The translations under genes and the position numbers were made by a program. Below the pieces are notes generated by a model that ran no database searches, had not been told where the DNA came from, and was given only the letters and a program-made list of their open reading frames with translations. Below, one piece after another: positions 33,115-46,258 of a DNA stretch of 64,000 nt. Numbering within the stretch: the stretch's first letter is position 1; each line of letters begins with the position of its first letter. Source of the stretch: an uncultured Verrucomicrobiae bacterium (GTDB lineage Bacteria > Chlamydiota > Chlamydiia > Chlamydiales > Rhabdochlamydiaceae). The stretch covers positions 1 through 64,000 of the forward strand of contig CAWFUG010000011.1 of NCBI GenBank assembly GCA_963818965.1. The letters run 5' to 3'.

Positions 33115-33218
33115 AACTCTCTTCTTTTCCCTCCTCTCTGTGGTTTCCCCTCTCTGTGGTAATATTTTTTTCACCACAGAGAGGGGAAACCACAGAGAGG
33201 AGGGAAAAGAAGAGAGTT
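33115..33218. repeat. Perfect 46-bp inverted repeat of the CACAGAG family (12-nt spacer)
   Basis: 33115-33160 is the exact reverse complement of 33173-33218. Confidence 0.95.
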
Positions 33219-33240
33219 AAGTATAAAATGAGGTCTATTT

Positions 33241-34761
33241 ATGAACGATAAACGCTACGACAAGATTTTCCAACTCTCGCGCCATACAGCGCTTCTTAAT
33301 TCTGCGCAAGCCCTGCTCGATTGGGATCAGGAGACCTACATGCCCAAAGGGGCAATAGAAGGCCGTTCAGAACAGAAGGAATACCTCGCAGGGCTCATCC
33401 ACCGCTCCAAAACGAGTAAGAGCTTTGCCAAAGCACTCGATGCGCTGATCGACCTCAAAACGGGTGAGATCAAAGAAGACCGCCTCCCTCCGCCCCAAAT
33501 CGCAGCTCTGAGAGAATGGCGCCGGGACTACCTGCGCACCGTCAAGCTCCCCAACGCCTTCATCAAGCGCTTTGCGAAGACGACATCTACAGCAGCCCAT
33601 GTTTGGCAAACGGCAAAAGAACACAACGACTTCAAATCCTTCGCTCCCCACCTAAAAAAAATCGTCCTCTTGAGCAGAAAGCAAGCTGATCTCTTGGGAT
33701 TTAAAGAACACCCCTACGACGCCCTTCTCGATCTCTACGAACCAGAGATGACGACCTCCTTTCTCACTCCCCTCTTCTCCCAATTGCGCCTCTCCTTAAC
33801 GCAGTTGCTCAAAGAGATCGGAGGACAACCCGCCTTCGAAGAGGATTTCCTCTACCGCCACTGTCCCGGACACCAACAGATGACATTTGCCCACAAAGTG
33901 CTCCATCACATGGGCTTTCATCCAGCGACATCCCGCCTAGATACGGCGGCGCACCCCTTCTGCACGGGGATCCACCCCACCGATACACGCATGACGACGA
34001 AGATCCATCCTGAAAACATCCTCTTTAATCTCGGCGCTACGATGCACGAAGGAGGTCACGGCCTCTATCACAAAAACCTCCCTTCCGAGCACTTTGGCTC
34101 CCCCCTCTGTGAATCTGTCTCTTTGGGCATCGACGAGAGCCAATCCCGCTGGTGGGAAGTACTCATCGGACAGAACAAAGCCTTCTGGACCTATTTCTTC
34201 CCCCTCCTCCAACGAGAATTCCCGGAACAATTCTCCGCTGTGCCCTTTGATCCATTTTACTCAGCGCTCAACGCCGTAAAGCCTGGCTTCATTCGAATTG
34301 AAGCAGATGAAGTCTCTTATAACCTCCACGTAATCGTGCGTTTTGAGATCGAAAAAGGCTTGATGGACGGGTCCATCGACGTCAAAGACATCCCAGATAT
34401 TTGGAACGAAAAGATGCGCGAGTATTTAGGGATCTCTCCCCAGTTCGATGGGCAGGGGTGTCTACAAGATATCCACTGGTCACTCGGTTTTATCGGCTAC
34501 TTCCCGACCTACACACTCGGTAACCTCTATTCCGTGCAATTCTTCAATGCCTTTACAAAGGCCCATCCCCAATGGGAAGAAGAAGTCGCCCAGGGGTCGC
34601 TAGGATTCATCGAAAAATGGCTAAAAGAAAATATCCACCAGTATGGGAGGCAATACACCCCCCACGAGCTCTGCCAAAGAGTCACGGGGAGCACCCTCTC
34701 TGCAGAACCTTATGTGACGTACCTGACGAATAAATACAGAAAGTTATACGGGCTGAAATGA
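33241..34761 (+). CDS. Carboxypeptidase, family M32 (Taq type)
   Basis: WDQETYMP, HPF, HEGGH, ESQS, IRIEADEV, QDIHW, GYFPTYTLG. Confidence 0.96.
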   Translation: MNDKRYDKIFQLSRHTALLNSAQALLDWDQETYMPKGAIEGRSEQKEYLAGLIHRSKTSKSFAKALDALIDLKTGEIKEDRLPPPQIAALREWRRDYLRTVKLPNAFIKRFAKTTSTAAHVWQTAKEHNDFKSFAPHLKKIVLLSRKQADLLGFKEHPYDALLDLYEPEMTTSFLTPLFSQLRLSLTQLLKEIGGQPAFEEDFLYRHCPGHQQMTFAHKVLHHMGFHPATSRLDTAAHPFCTGIHPTDTRMTTKIHPENILFNLGATMHEGGHGLYHKNLPSEHFGSPLCESVSLGIDESQSRWWEVLIGQNKAFWTYFFPLLQREFPEQFSAVPFDPFYSALNAVKPGFIRIEADEVSYNLHVIVRFEIEKGLMDGSIDVKDIPDIWNEKMREYLGISPQFDGQGCLQDIHWSLGFIGYFPTYTLGNLYSVQFFNAFTKAHPQWEEEVAQGSLGFIEKWLKENIHQYGRQYTPHELCQRVTGSTLSAEPYVTYLTNKYRKLYGLK

Positions 34762-34770
34762 GCATAAAGC

Positions 34771-34809
34771 ACAAAGCCCTGAGAAGCTTTAAGCTCCTCA
34801 GGGCTTTGT
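34771..34809. terminator. Hairpin between the convergent carboxypeptidase and rpsI genes
   Basis: acaaagccctgagaagctt / aagctcctcagggctttgt. Confidence 0.65.
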
Positions 34810-34832
34810 AGAAACAAACGCAATATGGAAAA

Positions 34833-35225
34833 TTAGCGCTTACAGAACTGGAAGCGTTTACGCGCACCAGCGAGACCGTATTTCTTACGCTCTCTCTTAC
34901 GCGGATCGCGGGTCAAGAACCCTAGAGCCTTGAGTTCAGGCCGACGCTCTTCACTTTCTTGAACGAGCGCTCGGGCAATCCCTAAACGAGCAGCCACTGC
35001 CTGTCCTTGGAGTCCACCCCCCGCTACGCGGATGAGAATGTCATATTGTTCCGGAGAAGAGACTTTCTGAAGGGGAGAGATGATCGTGTCTCTTTGCAAT
35101 TGGAGAGGAAAGTAGGTTTCGAACTTCTTCCCATTGACAGTTACCTGTCCTTTACCTGGGCGAAGGCGCACAGAAGCGACAGCAGTTTTTCTTCGACCTG
35201 TTCCGAGTTTTTCTTGAATTTTCAT
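34833..35225 (-). CDS. rpsI: 30S ribosomal protein S9
   Basis: [34 protein letters not shown]. Confidence 0.98.
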   Translation of the reverse strand: MKIQEKLGTGRRKTAVASVRLRPGKGQVTVNGKKFETYFPLQLQRDTIISPLQKVSSPEQYDILIRVAGGGLQGQAVAARLGIARALVQESEERRPELKALGFLTRDPRKRERKKYGLAGARKRFQFCKR

Positions 35226-35240
35226 AATTTACTTCGTGGG

Positions 35241-35690
35241 TTAAATGTTCACTGGAAGAGGCGCTTGTGCCTGCATATCGTGCTCATCGCCAGCGTAGAT
35301 GCGCAGTTTCTTCATCTGAGCTTCTGACAGTCGTGTCTTCGGCATCATTCCCTTCACTGCATGGCGGATGATATAATCTGGTTTGCGGTGCAGCATCACT
35401 TCATAAGGCACTTCGCGCATCCCGCTCATCGCACCTGTGTGGTAGCGGTAGATCTTCTGCGCCTGTTTCGCACCCGTTACGACGATTTTTTCAGCGTTGA
35501 TGATCACTACGCCATCACCTGTATCGACATGAGGAGTGAAGCAAGTCTTGTGCTTCCCTCGTAAAATTTTCGCGACCTCAGCGGCAAAACGCCCTAAAGT
35601 CTTCCCAGAAGCATCTAAGAGAAACCACTTCCTCAAAGGATGGGTCTCTTCCTTAGTGATTAAGATCGTTGTGTTTTTCTTCTTCGTCAT
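35241..35690 (-). CDS. rplM: 50S ribosomal protein L13
   Basis: WFLLDASGKTLGR, LRGKHK, PHVDTGD, AVKGMMPK. Confidence 0.98.
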   Translation of the reverse strand: MTKKKNTTILITKEETHPLRKWFLLDASGKTLGRFAAEVAKILRGKHKTCFTPHVDTGDGVVIINAEKIVVTGAKQAQKIYRYHTGAMSGMREVPYEVMLHRKPDYIIRHAVKGMMPKTRLSEAQMKKLRIYAGDEHDMQAQAPLPVNI

Positions 35691-35728
35691 GGATAAATGC
35701 CTTGAATTCCCTGTAAAAATAAAGGACC

Positions 35729-35757
35729 AGTCTACTGTCTCATTCTTTTTTTGCCAA
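35729..35757 (-). promoter_or_regulatory. Sigma70/sigma66-type promoter of rplM-rpsI
   Basis: TTGGCA-N17-TAGACT on the minus strand, about 40 nt upstream of the start. Confidence 0.6.
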
Positions 35758-35849
35758 GCGTTTTTCGATGGAATGTTATGGAAAATGGGGGGTAGGGGGA
35801 GCTGTAAGGTTGCGTTGATGGTTCTGTTTTTTGTGAAATAAATTTTAAG

Positions 35850-35887
35850 AAAAAACCCACCTTCCTGAAAGGGAGGGTGGGTTTTTT
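35850..35887. terminator. Rho-independent (bidirectional-type) terminator
   Basis: aaaaaacccaccttcc-tgaaag-ggagggtgggtttttt, downstream of the minus-strand gene 35916-36209. Confidence 0.8.
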
Positions 35888-35915
35888 GAGACTGCTTACT
35901 GAGATTTAGGGAATC

Positions 35916-36209
35916 TTAATAACCCCTTGCCTGTAGCGCGCCCATTACTCTTGTAAAGACTGCGTCACTGGAAGGACCACCACGCAAAAGATTCACAAAT
36001 CTACTAAAAAGTGAAAAGAACCCTTTTGAATTTGGCTTCTGAACAAATGTTCTACCGCACAAACTTGTGACATCCTTTGCGTTACACTTATCAGGATTGC
36101 TTGCTAATTTTAGCCACTCATAGCGATCCGAATAACCTAAAGCTGCGAAATGCTCCGGTGTAATTTGTGGAATTTTCAGGCTATTCAAGTTCAGGCCATG
36201 TATCGTCAT
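35916..36209 (-). CDS. Small hypothetical protein
   Basis: 97 aa; GAGGTG RBS; AT-rich upstream region; own terminator. Confidence 0.65.
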   Translation of the reverse strand: MTIHGLNLNSLKIPQITPEHFAALGYSDRYEWLKLASNPDKCNAKDVTSLCGRTFVQKPNSKGFFSLFSRFVNLLRGGPSSDAVFTRVMGALQARGY

Positions 36210-36633
36210 ATAGACACCTCGTTTAATATTGTTATCTAGCTTTATTATACATGAAATTTATTTTAAATTAACCAATTATTAATAAATTATTTAAAATCAA
36301 AAGAAATTAACCACTTAAACACCAGAAACTCATCCAAAAAAGACATTTTCATAAACTCTCTAACCCACTAAAAACCAATACAAAAGCTCAGTAATTAACC
36401 CCTCTTTCTACACATACTCATAAAAAATTTCCCCAAGTATAATAACTCAACCCCCTTACCCTTGTATCCCAATAACAACCAGCAACTTAAGAGCGAAATT
36501 GACACCCAAACCACTCAGCGTCAAAATATTATACACATAACATTCCCCGATTACCTTTCTTGCCTCCTCATCTTCCCCTTCCCACTCTTATACACCCCGC
36601 GCCACACACCCCCGTACCCCCTAAAATCCCCAC

Positions 36634-36662
36634 TTGCCAAAAGCTCTTAGCTCAGCTAGAAT
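36634..36662 (+). promoter_or_regulatory. Sigma70/sigma66-type promoter of miaB
   Basis: TTGCCA-N17-TAGAAT. Confidence 0.6.
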
Positions 36663-36694
36663 TGCCCCTTTTAAAGTCTTAACTTGAAGTTATT

Positions 36695-38096
36695 ATGCAC
36701 CCATCTATGAATAGTAAGCCCCTACACAAGCGCGAACCGAAGACCTTTTTCCTAAGAACCTATGGTTGTCAGATGAATGAGCTCGACTCTGAGATCATGG
36801 TGGGCCAGCTGGAAAAACGGGGCCTCCAGAGGATCGATGATGAGACGGTGGCTGACCTCTTGTTGTTTAACACGTGCTCGATTCGGGACTTGGCAGAGAG
36901 GAAAGTGATGGGCAAGATCGGGAAATTGGGGACGGGTCGCGCGAACCGCCCGATCATCGGGGTCACGGGCTGCATGGCGATGGCCAAAAAGGAGACCCTT
37001 TTCCGCAAGCTCCCCCACATCGATTTCATCATCGGGACGAATAATATCAGCGACCTCAATGAGGTATTGAATGAGGTGCTCGAAACGGGAAAACAGACGA
37101 TCCGCACAGCAGATCAGTTCGAAGAAAACCTCGACTATCTGATCGCAAAAAGAGATGACACCGTCAAAGCTTATGTCTCGATCATCCGCGGCTGCGACAA
37201 ATACTGCACCTACTGCGTCGTCCCTTATACGCGGGGTCAAGAGGTCTCTCGCCCTCCCGATAGCATCGTCGAGGAGTGCTCTCGCCTAGTCCAACAGGGA
37301 TATAAGGAGATCACCCTCCTCGGCCAGAATGTGAACAGTTATGGCAAAGACCAGCCGGAATGGGGTTGTTTGTTTCACGACTTGCTCTATCGTCTCGATC
37401 GAATTCCAGGGCTCGAGCGGGTCCGGTTCATGACCTCTCATCCCGTAGACATCACGCGGGAGCTGATGCAGGCGATTCGGGATTTGCCCTCTGCTTGTGA
37501 ATTCGTCCACTTCCCCGTGCAGGCAGGCTCTGATCGGATCCTCAAGAAAATGCACCGGATTTACACGGTGGAACAGTACCTAGAAAAAGTGCAGCTCTTG
37601 AGAGAAATCGTACCCGATGTCTCCTTAGGAACCGACATCATCGTCGGGTTTCCCACGGAGACGGAAGAGGAGTTCGAACAGACCTACGCGATTTTTAAAC
37701 AGATCCGCTACTCTGTCGCATTCATCTTCGCCTATAGCGCGCGCAAAGGAACCCCTGCTTTTCGTTGGAAGGACGACATCCCAGAAGAAGTAAAGCAGGA
37801 GCGGCTGCAACGGCTCTTAGCGCTACACCAAGAGATCTGCACAGAGGAAAGGCAAACCCTTCTCGGTGCTCAGCTCGAGGTCTTGGTGGAAAGGCGCAAC
37901 CGAGATGAAAAACACCTCAAAGGGAGAACCCGCTGCTGGAAAAACGTGATCTTCTCCGGAGAGGATGCGCATGATCGGCACCCTGCAACAGGTGAAAGTG
38001 ACGGGATATAGCCATCAGACGCTGATCGGAGAGGTGGACCAACCAGGTCAGGTGGCCCCACAAGCTCAAAAATTAGATCTCATTGCGTCCGGTTAA
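36695..38096 (+). CDS. miaB: tRNA-2-methylthio-N6-dimethylallyladenosine synthase; frameshift near 37970 in the TRAM domain
   Basis: TYGCQMNELDSE, NTCSIR, GCDKYCTYCVVP. The shifted frame continues MIGTLQQVKVTGYSHQTLIGEV to TAA at 38094-38096. Confidence 0.93.
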
Positions 38097-39259
38097 GAAA
38101 AAAGAAGGTTGTCTGGAGTAATTCCCTTGAGGAATTCTTCCATCGGGATGACTGGAAATCCGCGATAACTCTCTCTTCTTTTTCCAGGGATGACAAAGAA
38201 GCACGTTGCCTCTGGGTATTCTTCCTTAAAAGCGAGTAGGGCCCGCGCGTCATCGGGACCGAGGTTGGCACTGCGCTTGACTTCGATGGCCCAAAATCCC
38301 CTGGGCCCATAAATGATAAAATCTACTTCGAGCTTGGTTTGGGTGCGCCAGAAAGAAAGGGAGTGGGGTTCGGTTTGTGCGAGGGTCCACTGCCGGAGAT
38401 GTTGCGCGACTAATCCCTCTAGAGCCAATCCTTCGATCTCTTGTGAGCTATCCAGAATCCCCTGAGGGCGCAAAATCCGATAGACCCCAGCGTCAAAAAA
38501 GTAGAATTTGGGATGAGCGATCAATTTGCGTTTGGCGCGCCTTGTGAAAACAGGGAGGGTAAAAGCGAGAAGGAGGTCTTCGAGAATTTGGAGATAATTA
38601 TCCACTGTCGCGCGTTTGACACTCGATTCTCGGCTGATATCCGTCGTCGTCCATATCGAACCATGAGAAAAACTCGCTACTTCTAAAAAGCGGGAAAAAT
38701 CCCCGATTTGACGGACTAGCCCCTCTGCCTGCACTTCCTCTCTTAAGTAGAGATGGAGATAATCGAGGAGGCGCTGTCCTGGATCTGTTGATTCCCAGAT
38801 GAGGGGGATAAGCCCTGTTTTTAGAGCTTTCTCAAGAGAGAATTGCTCTTTTAATTCAGAGGCGAGGAAGGGCCCCATTTGTCGCAGCAGCGCTCTTCCC
38901 CCCAAAAGATCGCTGACAGATCGGCGCAATTTTCGAGAGCTGCTGCCCGTTAGGATGTATTGAATCCCCTTTCTTTTTTCAATGAGAGCGTGAATTTCAG
39001 GAAGGAGCCTCGGCACTCTCTGAATTTCATCTAAAATGAGAGTGGAACCCTCTGGTAAACCATCGGCGACATCTCGAATTTTTTCCGGATAGGCGCTAAA
39101 GCGCCGCTCCTCTTCCCCTAGCAACAGATCGATCCGTACCGCTTCTGGGTACTGATGGAGCAGCCAGGTCGATTTTCCCGTGCCTCGCGGTCCCAGCAGG
39201 AAATAGCTCCCTCGCGGTGGGTTCAGGATGCGGGGGATGTAATGTGAATGTGCTACCAT
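38093..39259 (-). CDS. AAA_14 ATPase with DUF4143 domain
   Basis: GPRGTGKST, LDEIQRVP, LTGSS, LGGRA, PKFYFFDAG, EVDF, IEVK. Confidence 0.92.
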   Translation of the reverse strand: MVAHSHYIPRILNPPRGSYFLLGPRGTGKSTWLLHQYPEAVRIDLLLGEEERRFSAYPEKIRDVADGLPEGSTLILDEIQRVPRLLPEIHALIEKRKGIQYILTGSSSRKLRRSVSDLLGGRALLRQMGPFLASELKEQFSLEKALKTGLIPLIWESTDPGQRLLDYLHLYLREEVQAEGLVRQIGDFSRFLEVASFSHGSIWTTTDISRESSVKRATVDNYLQILEDLLLAFTLPVFTRRAKRKLIAHPKFYFFDAGVYRILRPQGILDSSQEIEGLALEGLVAQHLRQWTLAQTEPHSLSFWRTQTKLEVDFIIYGPRGFWAIEVKRSANLGPDDARALLAFKEEYPEATCFFVIPGKRRESYRGFPVIPMEEFLKGITPDNLLFS

Positions 39260-39305
39260 AAGTAGCATAATACATTGAAAAATGCTATTTGCGATAGCAT
39301 TTTTC
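39251..39305. promoter_or_regulatory. Two TGCTA-N7-TAGCA palindromes (candidate operator pair)
   Basis: tgctaccataagtagca at 39251-39267 and tgctatttgcgatagca at 39283-39299 (the latter extends to a 12-bp stem). Confidence 0.55.
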
Positions 39306-39447
39306 TAACACATTGTACATCCAACTCATTATGAGCACGTTATGCCGAAAAAACTTACACCTTCGACGCGCTGCTTTTAAAAAGTTTCTTAAATTTAAAT
39401 TAAAACCACACCTGGATACACTACAAACAAAAAAAGGAGTTTTTTTA

Positions 39448-40491
39448 ATGTCTTCCATTACTCAATATGACCCCGCTATCTTTAGCACTCCGGCGTTCGC
39501 CCCTTCCCTGATCCTTTTAGCGACGATCTGTCGAGCATTCTTAACCCTTGGATCGAGGAGGCTCCCCCAGAAGAGAAGGATGGGCGTCTAGAAGCGACTA
39601 GCCGGATTCGTAATGTGCGCCGCCGTCATTATAGAATAGGAGAAGGATGCCAATCGAGGTTCCCTTTACCTGAGTTTGAGTAATTTGAAGTTAAGTAAGC
39701 TCCCCTCGGGGTTATTCGCACTGATCGAAAACCTAACAGAAGGAGGATTAGTACAACTCAGCCTCTCTGGCAACCGGCTAACAGCCATACCCTCTGAAAT
39801 TCGTTTTTTACCTGCACTAAAAAACCTCCACCTCTCTGGCAACCAGCTAACGGATGTATCTTCTGAACTGATTGGTTTTTTACCTCAACTAGAGGTGCTC
39901 AATCTCTTCCAAAATCAACTAACGGATATCCCCCTTAAAATTTTCTCTTTATCTAAACTAGAGGAGCTCAGTCTTTCCACCAACGCGTTAACGAAGATAT
40001 CCTGTAAAATTGGGCGTTTATCTACACTAAAAAAGCTCTACCTCTCCGGCAATCAGCTAACGGAGATACCCCTTGCAATTAGCCGTTTATCTGCACTAGA
40101 AGATTTATCCTTTAACAATAACAAGTTAACAACTATCCCTCCTATAATTGGCTCTTTACATGCATTAAAAGAGATCAATGTGTCCGATAACCAGCTAACG
40201 GATGTGCCCTCTGAAATGGGTTCTTTACCTAAACTAAAAAAACTCTTTCTCCATAGGAACCTGCTAACGGATATCCCCCCTGAAATGATGCAATTACAAC
40301 ATTCATGCCAGGTAAATTTAACCGAGTGTCCACTCTCACTAACAGCTCGCGTTAGAATTCAAAAGGAAATATCAGCTGCAGGGTATAACGGACCGAAGGT
40401 TTTCCATCAACGGCCAACACCCAAAGAAGTTGTTGGGGTAGATCTTTTAATGAAGTACTGGTTCCTTTTGGCGCAAAATCAAAAAGCCTAA
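39448..40491 (+). pseudogene. Leucine-rich repeat effector of IpaH/SspH-like architecture, frameshifted and C-terminally truncated
   Basis: AAGGAG + ATG at 39448; N-region split over three frames; about eight 23-aa LRRs (LxxLxLSGNQLTxIP); GYNGPKVF linker. Confidence 0.7.
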
Positions 40492-40496
40492 AGTTT

Positions 40497-40644
40497 TATA
40501 CCCCGCGCACTTGAGGAGGGTGCATTTGAGCGCGTCGATCGGAAGTGGGGGTTGTATTTCATCAATACTACCCCCACTTCCGATCGTCGAACCCGGGGGC
40601 TTATGTACCGCTCAAGTGCACCCTCCTCAAGCGTTCGGGGTATA
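40497..40644. mobile_element. TATACCCC...GGGGTATA palindromic element (MITE/ERIC/RPE-like), copy 1
   Basis: Nested inverted repeats; homologous to 48541-48706. Confidence 0.8.
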
Positions 40645-40660
40645 GCCAAATTTTCGTTAA

Positions 40661-40696
40661 AAAAAAAGCGCCTCCCTAGAGGGAAGCGCTTTTTTT
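40661..40696. terminator. Bidirectional Rho-independent terminator
   Basis: aaaaaaagcgcctccct-ag-agggaagcgcttttttt between convergent genes. Confidence 0.8.
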
Positions 40697-40716
40697 GCAA
40701 AAGATCGTCTTCTAGC

Positions 40717-41283
40717 TTACTTGTTCTTGCTGAAGCGCGCGATCGCGAATCCCGCTAAGAACCAGCCGATGACGAAATCGAGCAAGTTGAGGAAGACGTA
40801 CCAAGAAGAGAATCCCCACCAAGTGAGATCAGGAACTTGACTTAAGATCCCGACTCCTAGGCCGAATAAAGTGACAAAGCCCACTTTTCTCTTAAAATCG
40901 TTGATCTTCGTCTGCATCAACATCCAAGTAATGATAAAGGCACCAATGATCTGAGTGATGATCGAGCCAATAAAGGGACCGATCGACATCTTTCCAAGGC
41001 CATCGACGCGAACTGAAGCGAACATGAAAGGTCCATGCTCGAGCATTTTCACTCCACGGCGCATCTCTTTATCTGTCGTATCATTATTGTACTTCATTGT
41101 ATTGGGAAGAATATACATCCCATCTCCAGAAGTATTATCTCTAATAACATCTGCTACTTGAGTCTCGTCTTTAAATTTCTTGAAACAGTGCTTGTGCATG
41201 GGTAATGCCATCCAGGACAATACGCTCCAGATGAAGACAATTAACCCACCAATTATAGAACATCTAACCAAAGTCTTAACCAT
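40717..41283 (-). CDS. Hypothetical membrane protein
   Basis: 188 aa, about four hydrophobic segments, G.Y.LP motif in the loop. Confidence 0.8.
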   Translation of the reverse strand: MVKTLVRCSIIGGLIVFIWSVLSWMALPMHKHCFKKFKDETQVADVIRDNTSGDGMYILPNTMKYNNDTTDKEMRRGVKMLEHGPFMFASVRVDGLGKMSIGPFIGSIITQIIGAFIITWMLMQTKINDFKRKVGFVTLFGLGVGILSQVPDLTWWGFSSWYVFLNLLDFVIGWFLAGFAIARFSKNK

Positions 41284-41374
41284 AAAACCCTCTAGTTGCG
41301 TGGTAAAGCAATCTATTATTAGATATAAACAATTGGGAAATTATATTCAAAACATTTTTTTACGACGAGGGAGT

Positions 41375-45521
<4,147 letters not shown>

Positions 45522-45721
45522 GTCGGGTCCTCAAATATTTTGTTTGGGTATAACCCAAACCCTATATCTGTTCAAGCTCCGAACGTGAATAAAAAACTCA
45601 CCAGGAACAAGCCCTTAACTAACAGAAAATCAACACATTAAATAATTAAAATAAAAAACAATTAATTAAAGAACTGATTATGTTATAATAAATATACTCA
45701 CAACTTTAATTAAGGAATAAT

Positions 45722-46258
45722 ATGTTCTCAACAAATTACCAGGTATATGGCACTTTTTCTTCTCCCTCAGAAACGTTGCAAAAAGAGCTCATTCGAACCA
45801 CCGAATGCTCTAAACTGTCTAGATGTCTAGAAAACTCTCAGCTCATGGAAAACTTTGATTCCACACAGATCGATGCGATGCATCCCGCTCACCAGGCACT
45901 CTCCCAGTTAACGGCAGCAAGAGTCGAGACGTTCCAAGGGAACATGTCTGAAAAAGTAACACTCTGCTCCCAAGCAAGACGAGAAATCTTCAATGTTTTT
46001 TCGAACATCCCCCTAGAACAACGCGCTGAACTCCCTACCGCCCTATCGTACCATTTCTACATCGCTCTACTGGGGAAGATCAAGCAGGAAGCCCAAACCC
46101 TCGCCTCCTCTCAGACACCTGAACAACTCGCTAATTATCTGAAACAAGAGGTGCGCCTAGTTTCTCAGTTTTTGAGAAAAGACTGCGTATGGGGAAAAAT
46201 TGCACAAGAAAAAATAGAACAGCTGGGACATAAAATCGTGTCCTCATCAGCTCTCTAA
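45722..46258 (+). CDS. Hypothetical protein
   Basis: 178 aa; AAGGA RBS; extended -10 TGTTATAAT at 45681-45689. Confidence 0.7.
   Translation: MFSTNYQVYGTFSSPSETLQKELIRTTECSKLSRCLENSQLMENFDSTQIDAMHPAHQALSQLTAARVETFQGNMSEKVTLCSQARREIFNVFSNIPLEQRAELPTALSYHFYIALLGKIKQEAQTLASSQTPEQLANYLKQEVRLVSQFLRKDCVWGKIAQEKIEQLGHKIVSSSAL

Noticed and set aside
15120..33218. CRISPR array suggested by recurring CACAGAG repeats
   Set aside because: Repeats are inverted and dispersed, with no regular spacers and no cas genes.
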